NCBI GenBank assembly: GCA_043810865.1
Contig: JBDRNS010000020.1
Coordinates: 17,828 to 81,827, forward strand
Origin: an archaeon
GTDB lineage: Archaea > Nanobdellota > Nanobdellia > Pacearchaeales > GW2011-AR1
DNA length: 64,000 nucleotides
Direction: 5' to 3'
The position numbers and the translations under genes are program-made. Shown piece after piece: positions 26,334 to 35,258 of this stretch; position 1 is the first letter of the stretch; the number at the start of each line of letters is the position of its first letter. The notes beneath the pieces were generated by a model. The model had not been told where the DNA came from, did no database searches, and worked only from the letters and a program-made list of their open reading frames with translations.

Positions 26334-26714
26334 ATGTCACAAGATACAGTTGCTGATGCGCTTAACATGATAAGGAATGCCAAACGGGCAGGAAAAGAAT
26401 CTCTAAAAGTGAAAACCATATCAAATCTTTTAATTGAAATCCTGAAAATAATGAAGATAAAAAATGCAATTAAAAAATATAAAATAAACGGCAAGGACAA
26501 ATCTGCAGAGATTTTTCTGGAAGACATACATGAATGCAGGGCAATAAAGCCGAGATTTACCGTCGACAAAAGCCAGATAGAGAAATACAGAAGAAGATAT
26601 CTTCCATCAAGAAATATGGGAACTATGATAATTTCCACAAATAAAGGACTGAAAACGCATGAAGAAGCGCTTGAAGAAGGAATCGGAGGAGTGCTAGTTG
26701 CGTACTTTTACTAA
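26334..26714 (+). CDS. rps8: 30S ribosomal protein S8 (uS8)
   Basis: DTVADALNMIRNAKRAG at the N-terminus, with a C-terminal GGVLVAYFY. Confidence 0.93.
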   Translation: MSQDTVADALNMIRNAKRAGKESLKVKTISNLLIEILKIMKIKNAIKKYKINGKDKSAEIFLEDIHECRAIKPRFTVDKSQIEKYRRRYLPSRNMGTMIISTNKGLKTHEEALEEGIGGVLVAYFY

Positions 26715-26715
26715 A

Positions 26716-27258
26716 ATGAGAAAAGAAATATTTCAGAAAATAAAAATCCCTCAGGAAGTTGAAGTTGAAATAGATAAAAACACAATCGTGGCAAAGGGCA
26801 AAGACGGGGAAATGAAAAAGAAATTCAATCTTAAAGGAATAGTTTTGAAGAAAGAAAATAATGAATTAATAGTGGGACATACTAATGCAACAAAAAAAGA
26901 TAAAAGAGAGATAAATACAACTTATGCGCATATAAAAAATATGATTGAAGGAGTGCAGAAAAAATTTGAATACAAGCTTAAAATATGCAGCAGCCACTTT
27001 CCGATTACTGTTGAAATTAAAGGCAAAGAAGCAACAATAAAAAATTTTCTCGGAGAAAAAACACCAAGAAAAGCAGAGATTTTAGAAGGCGCTGATGTGA
27101 GAGTTGACAAAGACATAATCACAATAACTTCCAGCGACAAAAATCTTGCAGGACAAACATCTGCTAATTTTGAGAATGCGACAAAAATCAGAAAGAGAGA
27201 CAGAAGAATTTTTCAGGACGGCATTTTCATAATGAACAAAGCAGGGAGGGAAATATGA
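26716..27258 (+). CDS. rpl6: 50S ribosomal protein L6 (uL6)
   Basis: IPQEVEVEIDKNTIVAKGKDGEMKKKF matches L6. I take the ATG at 26716, just after the rps8 stop. Confidence 0.92.
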   Translation: MRKEIFQKIKIPQEVEVEIDKNTIVAKGKDGEMKKKFNLKGIVLKKENNELIVGHTNATKKDKREINTTYAHIKNMIEGVQKKFEYKLKICSSHFPITVEIKGKEATIKNFLGEKTPRKAEILEGADVRVDKDIITITSSDKNLAGQTSANFENATKIRKRDRRIFQDGIFIMNKAGREI

Positions 27259-27620
27259 AAAGGTTTTTGAGAAGGGACTCAAACAGGTATGTCAAGTTAG
27301 GAAAGAGGAATAAAAGCAAGCAGAGATGGAGAAGTCCTAAGGGAAGACATAATAAAATGAGAAACAAAATGAAAGGTTATCCTGCTGTTGTAAGCATAGG
27401 ATATAAAAAACAAAAAACAGAAGGGAAAAAGCAGAAAGATGTGAGAATCAGAAACACAGATGATTTGATGAAAATAAAAAGCAAAACAGCGACAATCGGA
27501 AAAGTCGGGCGGAGAAAGAAAATTGAAATTGCAAAGAAAGCAAGAGAACTTAAGATAAATATTCAAAATTTAAACATGAAAAAAATTCTCAAGGAGAAAA
27601 AAAATGAATCTGTCAAATAA
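27255..27620 (+). CDS. rpl32e: 50S ribosomal protein L32e (eL32)
   Basis: FLRRDSNRYVKLGKR...WRSPKGRHNKMR matches L32e. Confidence 0.9.
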   Translation: MKRFLRRDSNRYVKLGKRNKSKQRWRSPKGRHNKMRNKMKGYPAVVSIGYKKQKTEGKKQKDVRIRNTDDLMKIKSKTATIGKVGRRKKIEIAKKARELKINIQNLNMKKILKEKKNESVK

Positions 27621-28041
27621 AAAAAATCTCGTCGCGCGAACCTTAAACGTTAGCAAGGAAAGAGTTGTCCTCGTAAATTCAAGGATAAAGGAAATAAAAG
27701 AAGCCATAACTAAACAAGACATCAGGGACTTGAGAACTGACGGGGCAATATTAATCAAGCCAATAAAAGGAATAAAAAAGAAAAAAAGAAGGAATGGAAG
27801 AAGAGGTCCCGGGAAAATAAAAATAAAAGTCAAGACGAGGAAAAAAGATTATGCCACACTTACAAGAAAACTGAGAAAGCATGTTGGTTCTGAAAAAGAA
27901 AAAGGAAAAATAAGCAAAGATGATTTTAGCGATATAAGAAAAAAAATCAGAAACAAATTTTTCAGAAGCAAGGCACATTTAAAAGAACATATCGGAGGAA
28001 TTTCAAATGAAAACCGTGAAAAGACGAAGAAGAGAAAATAA
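27604..28041 (+). CDS. rpl19e: 50S ribosomal protein L19e (eL19)
   Basis: KKNLVARTLNVSKERVVL followed by KKRRNGRRGPGK matches L19e. Confidence 0.9.
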   Translation: MNLSNKKNLVARTLNVSKERVVLVNSRIKEIKEAITKQDIRDLRTDGAILIKPIKGIKKKKRRNGRRGPGKIKIKVKTRKKDYATLTRKLRKHVGSEKEKGKISKDDFSDIRKKIRNKFFRSKAHLKEHIGGISNENREKTKKRK

Positions 28042-28501
28042 AACAGATTATTTGAAACGGCTTAAAATGCTGAAAGGTGAAAAGCCAAGAATTGTATTTA
28101 GAAAAACGAATAAATATCTTATAGCACAATATGTTACAAACAAAAATGTCGAAGACAAAACAGAAATCGGAATTAATTCAAAGATTTTGATGAAATACGG
28201 CTGGCCAAAAGAATTTGAAAACAGCTTAAAATCACTGTCTGCAGCATATCTTCTTGGTTTCCTTATGGGAAAAAGAATTGTCAAAGAAAAAAAAGAGACG
28301 CCGATAATTGACTTGGGAATGGCAAGAATTGTTCATAAGACAAAACTTTTTGCATTCATGAAAGGAATTGTTGATTTGGGTGTTAAAATAAAACATGACG
28401 AGAAAACATTTCCTGATGAGAACAGAATAAAGGGAAAAAATCTCAAAAAAGATTTTTCTTCGCATTTTGAAAAAATTAAATCACAAATGGAAAAAGAATA
28501 A
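28007..28501 (+). CDS. rpl18: 50S ribosomal protein L18 (uL18)
   Basis: RRRRENKTDYLKRLKMLKGEKPRIVFRKTNKYLIAQYV matches L18. Confidence 0.92.
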   Translation: MKTVKRRRRENKTDYLKRLKMLKGEKPRIVFRKTNKYLIAQYVTNKNVEDKTEIGINSKILMKYGWPKEFENSLKSLSAAYLLGFLMGKRIVKEKKETPIIDLGMARIVHKTKLFAFMKGIVDLGVKIKHDEKTFPDENRIKGKNLKKDFSSHFEKIKSQMEKE

Positions 28502-28502
28502 A

Positions 28503-29171
28503 ATGGAAAAAAGAAGAAACAACAATGTAATTGAAGTGGATATATCCGGATGGAAACCAAAAACAAAACTCGGAGAAGAAGTAAAAAGCAAGAAAATAAA
28601 AAACATAGATGAAATTCTAGACGGGAAGAGGAAAATACTTGAAAGTGAAATAGTTGACTCCCTAGTGAGTTTGAAATCTGACTTGATTTCAATAGGACAG
28701 TCAAAGGGAAAATTCGGCGGAGGAAAAAGAAGAATCTGGAGACAAACGCAAAGAAAAACAGAAGAAGGAAACATCCCGACTTTTTCCACACTTGCAGTTA
28801 TCGGAGACGAAAAAGGACATGTTGGAATCGGAAGCGGAAAATCAAAAGAGACACTTCCTGCAAGAGAAAAAGCAATAAGAAAAGCTAAACTGAATATATT
28901 CAAGGTTAAAAGATTATGCGGAGCATTTGACTGCTCATGCTCTGAGCCACATACAATTCCGTTCAAAGTAACAGGAAGTTCAGGAAGTGTGAAGGTAACG
29001 TTTATCCCTGCACCACAGGGAACAGGACTTGTCGTCGCTGATGAAATAAAAAAAGTCATGAAGCTTGCCGGAATAAAAGATGTTTACAGCAAGACATTTG
29101 GAAAAAAGAGGACAACGTTCAACTTAATTAAAGCATGTATTAATGCACTCAAAAAAACAAACATAAAATGA
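28503..29171 (+). CDS. rps5: 30S ribosomal protein S5 (uS5)
   Basis: AVIGDEKGHVGIGSGKSKETLPAREKAIRKAK matches S5. The ATG follows just after the rpl18 stop. Confidence 0.93.
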   Translation: MEKRRNNNVIEVDISGWKPKTKLGEEVKSKKIKNIDEILDGKRKILESEIVDSLVSLKSDLISIGQSKGKFGGGKRRIWRQTQRKTEEGNIPTFSTLAVIGDEKGHVGIGSGKSKETLPAREKAIRKAKLNIFKVKRLCGAFDCSCSEPHTIPFKVTGSSGSVKVTFIPAPQGTGLVVADEIKKVMKLAGIKDVYSKTFGKKRTTFNLIKACINALKKTNIK

Positions 29172-29593
29172 TTTGTATAATAAGGATCAAGGGACAAGTC
29201 GGACTGAGAAGAGATGTAAAAGAAACACTGGACAGATTAGGATTAAGAAAAAAATATTCCTGTGTTGTTATAAATCCCAACATGGAAAATAAAGGAATGA
29301 TTAAAAAAATAAATGACTTGGCTGCATACGGGGAAATAAATGACGAGACATTTACTGAACTAATTGAAAAAAGAGGACAGTTAATCGATAATGGTTCAAA
29401 AACAAAAAAGATTGATGCAAAGAAAATGGTTGATGAAATAAATAAGGGGAAGAAATACAAAGAATTAAATTTGAAGCCGTTTTTCAGATTGCATCCGCCG
29501 AGAAAAGGAATTGAAAGCAAAAAACATTTTCCGAAGGGTGTTTTAGGAAACAACAAAGATAAAATAAATGATTTAGTAAAGAGGATGTTATAA
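29168..29593 (+). CDS. rpl30: 50S ribosomal protein L30 (uL30)
   Basis: IIRIKGQVGLRRDVKETLDRLGLRKK matches L30. Confidence 0.9.
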   Translation: MICIIRIKGQVGLRRDVKETLDRLGLRKKYSCVVINPNMENKGMIKKINDLAAYGEINDETFTELIEKRGQLIDNGSKTKKIDAKKMVDEINKGKKYKELNLKPFFRLHPPRKGIESKKHFPKGVLGNNKDKINDLVKRML

Positions 29594-30051
29594 TGAAAAT
29601 CAAAAAAAGAACAAAAGCGTCTAAAATGAGAGGAAGAGGGCAGGGAACTCACGGCTGGGGCGCAAGAAAGAAACATAAAAAGTCAGGACACAGAGGAGGA
29701 ACAGGGATGGCAGGAACAGGAAAGAGAGGAGATCAAAGAAAGACACTTGTTACAAAACTTTATGGAGGAAAATATTTCGGAAAGCAAGGGATAACAAGCA
29801 GGGGAACAAAAAAAGACAAAACGAAAAAGATAAATCTCGCGACAATAGAAAAAAATATTGACAGTTATATCAAAAAAGGAATAATCAAGAAAACAGAAAA
29901 AGGATATGATGTTAACTTAAAAAACCATAAAATTCTCGGAGATGGAGAAGTGAAAAATAAATTTTTCATAAAAGCGAAAAGCGCGTCAAAATCGGCAATT
30001 GCTAAAATAAAAAAAGCAGGCGGTGAAATTCAGGCGGGCAAAGAAAAATAA
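29593..30051 (+). CDS. rpl15: 50S ribosomal protein L15 (uL15)
   Basis: MRGRGQGTHGWGARKKHKKSGHRGGTGMAG matches L15. Confidence 0.92.
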   Translation: MKIKKRTKASKMRGRGQGTHGWGARKKHKKSGHRGGTGMAGTGKRGDQRKTLVTKLYGGKYFGKQGITSRGTKKDKTKKINLATIEKNIDSYIKKGIIKKTEKGYDVNLKNHKILGDGEVKNKFFIKAKSASKSAIAKIKKAGGEIQAGKEK

Positions 30052-30052
30052 A

Positions 30053-31492
30053 ATGGAATTTACCAAAATATTAACTTTTATTCCGGAGGTGGGGAAACCT
30101 GAGGATAAAAGAGTTAGTTTCGGGACAAAGCTCAAGTGGACTATTACAGTAATTGTTTTGTTTTTTATTCTTGCAAATATTTCTCTTTACGGATTGTCTT
30201 CAAATGCTCTGCAAAGATTTGAGTATCTCGCGATAATTCTCGGAACTGATTTCGGGAGCATAATTTCCCTCGGTGTAGGGCCAATAGTTATGGCTTCAAT
30301 TATTCTTCAGCTGCTTAAAGGTTCGAAGATACTTGACATAGACACGACAACACCGGAAGGCAAAAAATTTTATCAAGGAATTCAAAAATTACTTGTATTG
30401 TTTTTCATAATTTTTGAAGCAATGGTTTACGTTTTAATGCAGGGACTTCAGGCAGCGCCGGGATTTACATACATTGTGATTACACAACTTGTGCTCGGAG
30501 GACTGGCAATTTTTTACATGAGTGAAGTTGTTGACAAATGGGGATTTGGCTCAGGTGTTTCATTGTTCATAGGTGCAGGAATAAGCTGGCGACTTTTTTC
30601 AAGCGCGTTCCAGTTTGTAAATCAGCAGGGAAGAAACTGCCTTCTTGAATTCAGCACAACACCCTGCTCTGGAAAAGTTCTTGTTTTATTGCAGGCAGTA
30701 ATTAACAGATACCAGTTTGAATTTCTTTCTGCTCTCGCGGCAATTATAGCTACGGTATTAATATTCCTTCTTATTGTCTGGGCGCAATCACTTAAAGTTG
30801 AAGTTCCACTATCTTTTGGGAGAATAAGAGGTTACGGAATTAAATGGCCCCTATCATTCTTTTATACTTCTGTTATTCCTGTTATTTTTACAGCGGCATT
30901 AATTGCAACGCTGCAACTCTTTGGAGGAATTTTTGAAAATGCGGCAGCACCGTGTGTTTCAGGAATCGGAGAGTGCACAGGAATTTCAAGATTTGCATCC
31001 TACTTTGGATTTTTGGGGCATTTCATACAAGGGCAGCCGGTTTCAGGTTTGGCGTTTTGGCTTGGTTCAACAAATCTGGTTGAATTAATAATAAGAGGAG
31101 GGTTCCTGCCAATATATCTGCTGCAAGGAGTAACTCACACTCTGTTTTTTATGTTTTTCTCAACGCTGTTTGCGATATACTGGGTTAAGTCAGGAGGAAT
31201 GGATGCAAAGACACAGGCACATAATCTTGCATCGTCAGGATTGCAGGTTGCAGGATTCAGGCAGGATGAAAGAGTTTTGGAAAGTATTTTAGACAGATAC
31301 ATAATGCCTTTAACCGTCATGGGCGGACTTGCAATAGGATTTTTGGCTTCAATAACCAATTTATTGGGAGCATTAATTCCGGGGACAGCAATACTTTTAG
31401 TGATAATGATTATGTTCCAGTTCTATCAAAACATTGCGCAAAAACATCAAACAGACATGTATCCTGCACTGAGAAAATTCGTGAGCGAATAA
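30053..31492 (+). CDS. secY: Preprotein translocase subunit SecY
   Basis: A 10-TM protein directly after rpl15. It has a GTDFGSIISLGVGPIVMASIILQLL region. The ATG at 30053 follows the rpl15 stop. Confidence 0.93.
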   Translation: MEFTKILTFIPEVGKPEDKRVSFGTKLKWTITVIVLFFILANISLYGLSSNALQRFEYLAIILGTDFGSIISLGVGPIVMASIILQLLKGSKILDIDTTTPEGKKFYQGIQKLLVLFFIIFEAMVYVLMQGLQAAPGFTYIVITQLVLGGLAIFYMSEVVDKWGFGSGVSLFIGAGISWRLFSSAFQFVNQQGRNCLLEFSTTPCSGKVLVLLQAVINRYQFEFLSALAAIIATVLIFLLIVWAQSLKVEVPLSFGRIRGYGIKWPLSFFYTSVIPVIFTAALIATLQLFGGIFENAAAPCVSGIGECTGISRFASYFGFLGHFIQGQPVSGLAFWLGSTNLVELIIRGGFLPIYLLQGVTHTLFFMFFSTLFAIYWVKSGGMDAKTQAHNLASSGLQVAGFRQDERVLESILDRYIMPLTVMGGLAIGFLASITNLLGALIPGTAILLVIMIMFQFYQNIAQKHQTDMYPALRKFVSE

Positions 31493-31526
31493 GTAGTTTT
31501 AAAAGATAAATTTTACTTGTTATAAA

Positions 31527-32063
31527 ATGAAAAAAGAAATGAGCATGAGAAGTTTGCTGATATTTTTGAGTTTGCCGATGGCAATAGCACTTTTATGGGA
31601 TATTGTTCCGCAGATAAAAAATTCAGCGCATTTTATTTTAAATCCTACAGCAGGATTTCTTCTTGAATGGGATTTAACTTACGGGATGATTGTTATCGTG
31701 TTCGTGCTTTCACTTTTTACAATTTTAATACAGAAATATGCGACAGACCAGCAAACTCTCAAGGAAATAAAAAAAGAGCAGAAAATTCTCCAGGAAGAGA
31801 TGAAAAAGTTTAGAGAGCATCCTGAAAAACTTGCAGAACTTCAGAAAAAACAATTTCAGTTTATCCCAAAAACAATGATGATTAGCATGAGGGCTATTGC
31901 ATTTACAGGAGTTCCAATTATTTTATTTTTCAGATGGTTCTCTGATTTTTTTACAGAACTTGGAAATCCGGTATTCCTTGGATTCATGAGCTGGTTTTGG
32001 TTTTACTTCATAGGTTTTTTAATTTTCAGCAGCATTTTCAGAAAAATTCTGGATGTAGCATAA
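31527..32063 (+). CDS. DUF106 / EMC3-TMCO1-like membrane protein (archaeal YidC/Oxa1-like insertase candidate)
   Basis: It has three hydrophobic segments and a charged coiled region (KEIKKEQKILQEEMKKFREHPEKLAELQKKQ). It sits downstream of secY, as in many archaea. Confidence 0.65.
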   Translation: MKKEMSMRSLLIFLSLPMAIALLWDIVPQIKNSAHFILNPTAGFLLEWDLTYGMIVIVFVLSLFTILIQKYATDQQTLKEIKKEQKILQEEMKKFREHPEKLAELQKKQFQFIPKTMMISMRAIAFTGVPIILFFRWFSDFFTELGNPVFLGFMSWFWFYFIGFLIFSSIFRKILDVA

Positions 32064-32064
32064 A

Positions 32065-32463
32065 ATGGAAGAAAAACAACAAGAAATGATATTTAAGCTG
32101 AGCATGTTTGAGCAGCAAATAAAACAAATTCAGCAGCAGACGCAGGCGATTGAAGAAGAAATTTTTAATCTTAGTTCATTGAGCGAACAGCTTGATGATT
32201 TAAGAAATTCAGAAGACAAGGAGATGTTCGCTTCGCTTGGGAGAGGAATATTCATAAAAACAAAAGTTCTTTCCGATGATTTTATCGTTGATATAGGGAA
32301 TAAAAATTTTGTCAGGAAAACAATTCCCGAGACACAGGAAATGATAAATGAGCAATTAAGAAGGTTAAATGAAGCAAAAAAAGAACTTGACAATGCAGGT
32401 TATGAAATCAGCAAAGAAATTGAAAAAACAATAAATTCAATTGATTCGGAAAATAAAAATTAA
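32065..32463 (+). CDS. pfdA: Prefoldin alpha subunit
   Basis: Coiled-coil termini flank two beta-hairpin segments (FASLGRGIFIKTKV and FIVDIGNKNFVRKT). Length is 132 aa. Confidence 0.7.
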   Translation: MEEKQQEMIFKLSMFEQQIKQIQQQTQAIEEEIFNLSSLSEQLDDLRNSEDKEMFASLGRGIFIKTKVLSDDFIVDIGNKNFVRKTIPETQEMINEQLRRLNEAKKELDNAGYEISKEIEKTINSIDSENKN

Positions 32464-33278
32464 TCGTTCATCTTTCTCAGGAAATTATCATAAGTTAATT
32501 CTCCTTTTTCCGAGATAATTTTTTTAATATATTTTTTAGGCACAAATTCAAAACCAGGGTTTCTTATTTTTATTTTTGATTTTTTAGAGATTCGGTTCCA
32601 AACTTCGTGAAAATTTCTTTCTTCAAGTTCAACATTCTTGGGAGAATATTTCCATGAATCAGCAATTATGTAAAGAGGGATTTTCTCATTCTTTGCTATT
32701 TGCGCAATTACATTGCTCCCGACTTTATTTATGATTCCTTTTTTTAGCAGGGCATCTGCACCCAGGAATATTTTCTTCACTTTTTTTGTTCCTTGTTTTT
32801 TTGACAACGCAATTCCAAGAGCAGAATCAACAAACATAGTAACTTTTATTCCCGCTTTTCTAAGCTCTTTTGCAGTTTTTCTTCCCTGATACAACGGGCG
32901 TGTCTCTGTGTTGTAGACCTCAAATTTCTTTCCGTGCTTTTTTGCGTAAATCAAAGATTTGCTGACGTTTGTCGAATGGCAATGCGTAAAGATAACATCA
33001 TTAGTTTTTATTAATCCCAACACAAAGGAATTTATTTTTTCCTGTGCGTCGTCGAAATGTTTCAGAATTTCGCGATAAGGATGGTTTTCCATTCTGTTCA
33101 AAACATTTGAAAGCATCGGTTCTGTCGGGCGCAAAGACAAAAGTTTTTTCTTTGAACTTTTCGTTGGTTTTAAAGAATAAGCGCGCAGGGCGGCTTTGGC
33201 TATGCTTCTCGCGCCCTGAATCTTAACTGATTTTATGTCTTTCACTATTTTGTCAAACCTCTTTTGATTTGAATTCAT
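32460..33278 (-). CDS. eIF-2B alpha/beta/delta family protein, likely ribose-1,5-bisphosphate isomerase
   Basis: THCHSTNV, NTETRPLYQGRKTAKEL, GADALLKKGIINKVGS and IIADSWKYSP are spaced as expected for the family. At 272 aa it is shorter than characterised enzymes. Confidence 0.6.
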   Translation of the reverse strand: MNSNQKRFDKIVKDIKSVKIQGARSIAKAALRAYSLKPTKSSKKKLLSLRPTEPMLSNVLNRMENHPYREILKHFDDAQEKINSFVLGLIKTNDVIFTHCHSTNVSKSLIYAKKHGKKFEVYNTETRPLYQGRKTAKELRKAGIKVTMFVDSALGIALSKKQGTKKVKKIFLGADALLKKGIINKVGSNVIAQIAKNEKIPLYIIADSWKYSPKNVELEERNFHEVWNRISKKSKIKIRNPGFEFVPKKYIKKIISEKGELTYDNFLRKMND

Positions 33279-33325
33279 AACGAAAAAAAGTTACGAACAT
33301 TTAAAAATTCTCTTTTTTTATTCTA

Positions 33326-34186
33326 ATGATGCTCGAATCACTGGTGAATCCGAAAAGGGTTGCAAAAGGGCCGTGGAAAATGCTTTTTATCGGAATGCTT
33401 TATGCTTCATTGTCTCTTCTTCTTGTAAACTGGTTTTTTTCTGGAGATGCGGTTTTGAAGCAATATTCAGGAATGCTTGTAGTTACATTTTCAGTAATGT
33501 TTTCTCTGCCATTCATGTATTATCTTATTAAGATAGAAGAAAGAGAAGATGAAGAAGTTGCAGGTTTTTTCAGCGTCTGGAAAGTGCATAAAGATGCTGT
33601 TTATTCATTCATGTGGCTTTTTTTGGGCTTTGTCATTGCATTTTCATTTTGGTATATGATTTTGCAAAATCAACAATTGTTCAATGCACAGATAGAGACA
33701 TACTGTATGATAAACAGTCCCGGAAGCATTGAATCATGCGTTTCTGCATATTCTATGAACATAATAAAACCAACCGGTTCTGCAACAGGAAGTGTCAGAT
33801 TTTTGTCAATAATAAGCAACAACATTTATGTCATGATTTTCACTTTAATATTTTCTCTGATTTTCGGGGCAGGGGCTATCTTTGTCCTTGCATGGAATGC
33901 TTCTGTAATTGCAGCAGCTGTAGGAATATTCACACGATACAGCATAAGTGAAATTCCCTTCGGAATTGCAAGATACATGATTCATGGAATTCCTGAAATT
34001 GCCGCATATTTCATGACTGCCTTGGCAGGAGGAATATTTGGAGTCGGAATAATAAGAAACGGAGTAAGAAACAGAAGATTTTTACATGTTGTTGAAAATG
34101 TCGTCATGCTTTTGTTCATAGCACTTGTTCTTCTTTTGTTTGGAGCGTTGATAGAAGTTTATCTTACACCTGTTTTATTCAGGTAA
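33326..34186 (+). CDS. SpoIIM-like (DUF95) integral membrane protein
   Basis: About 6 TM segments, with the HGIPEIAAYFMTALAGG motif typical of the family. Confidence 0.6.
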   Translation: MMLESLVNPKRVAKGPWKMLFIGMLYASLSLLLVNWFFSGDAVLKQYSGMLVVTFSVMFSLPFMYYLIKIEEREDEEVAGFFSVWKVHKDAVYSFMWLFLGFVIAFSFWYMILQNQQLFNAQIETYCMINSPGSIESCVSAYSMNIIKPTGSATGSVRFLSIISNNIYVMIFTLIFSLIFGAGAIFVLAWNASVIAAAVGIFTRYSISEIPFGIARYMIHGIPEIAAYFMTALAGGIFGVGIIRNGVRNRRFLHVVENVVMLLFIALVLLLFGALIEVYLTPVLFR

Positions 34187-34232
34187 GATTTAATTTCAGA
34201 AAGTTTAAAAGTCAGAGAGATGATTTGTAAAA

Positions 34233-35225
34233 ATGGAACCATTGATTTTAGCAATTATTTTCATCAGTTTTTTTTGCACATATCTTGCCGTGCCTTTCTG
34301 GATAAAAAAAGCACATTTTTACAAATTAACAGGAAAAGACATTCACAAAAATGACAAAAAAGAAATTGCAGAAGGCGGAGGAATTGTTATTCTTGCAGGA
34401 ACTTCCCTTGGAATTTTGCTTTACATTGCACTTAATACTTTTTATTTTCACAGCCAGGAAAATCTGATTAAAATTTTTGCGATGCTTAATGTTTTATTCA
34501 TTGGTTCTGCAGTCGGAATTATCGACGATTTTTTCGGGTGGAAAAAAGGATTGAGCAAAAAGCTAAGGATGTTCATTGTATTTTTTTCAGCGGTTCCGTT
34601 GATGGTTATTAACGCAGGAAATTCATCAATAGTTGTTCCTTTTCTTGGAAGTTTAAACCTCGGGCTTTTTTATCCGCTTTTGCTTATCCCAATAGGTGTC
34701 GTAGGTGCTACAACAACTTACAATTTTATCGCAGGGTATAATGGTTTGGAAACCAGCCAGGGGATTATAATTCTTTCAGCACTTGCAATAGTAACTTATC
34801 TTACAGGAAATTCATGGCTCAGTGTGATTGCATTGTTCATGATTGCATCTCTTCTTGCATTTTACATTTTCAACAAATATCCTGCAGAAGTTTTTCCGGG
34901 AGATATTCTGACTTATTCTATAGGAGGAATGATTGCATCAATTACCATTTTGGGAAATATAGAAAAAATCGCTGTTTTCTTTTTCATACCTTATATAATT
35001 GAAGTTGGTTTAAAGATAAGGGGAAAACTTGAAAAAGAAAGTTTTGCAAAAGTCCAGAAAGACGGAAGTTTGGAAATGCCCTACCATAAAATATATAGTT
35101 TAACACATATATCCTTATTTATCTTAAAGAAATTCAAGAGCAAGGTTTACGAAAAAGAAGTTGTTTATTTGATAAATGCATTCCAGATTTTTATAATTGC
35201 ACTTGGTTTTTTGGTATTTTTTTGA
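34233..35225 (+). CDS. aglH: Polyprenyl-phosphate HexNAc-1-phosphate transferase (MraY/WecA family GT4, AglH-like)
   Basis: Polytopic membrane protein with IIDDFFG, NFIAGYNGLE and VFPGDILTYSIGG motifs. Confidence 0.8.
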   Translation: MEPLILAIIFISFFCTYLAVPFWIKKAHFYKLTGKDIHKNDKKEIAEGGGIVILAGTSLGILLYIALNTFYFHSQENLIKIFAMLNVLFIGSAVGIIDDFFGWKKGLSKKLRMFIVFFSAVPLMVINAGNSSIVVPFLGSLNLGLFYPLLLIPIGVVGATTTYNFIAGYNGLETSQGIIILSALAIVTYLTGNSWLSVIALFMIASLLAFYIFNKYPAEVFPGDILTYSIGGMIASITILGNIEKIAVFFFIPYIIEVGLKIRGKLEKESFAKVQKDGSLEMPYHKIYSLTHISLFILKKFKSKVYEKEVVYLINAFQIFIIALGFLVFF

Positions 35226-35258
35226 TACGACTAAACTTTTAAACAGCAATTTCTTTTG

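Noticed and set aside
17578-29676. Many long minus-strand ORFs inside the ribosomal operon (for example 17578-18186, 18813-19274, 21957-22427, 22366-22902, 25561-26094, 28481-29059, 29149-29676)
   Set aside because: They are antisense shadows of AAA/GAA-rich ribosomal protein genes, so their products are F/S/L-rich and low-complexity. The plus-strand genes have unambiguous ribosomal signatures.
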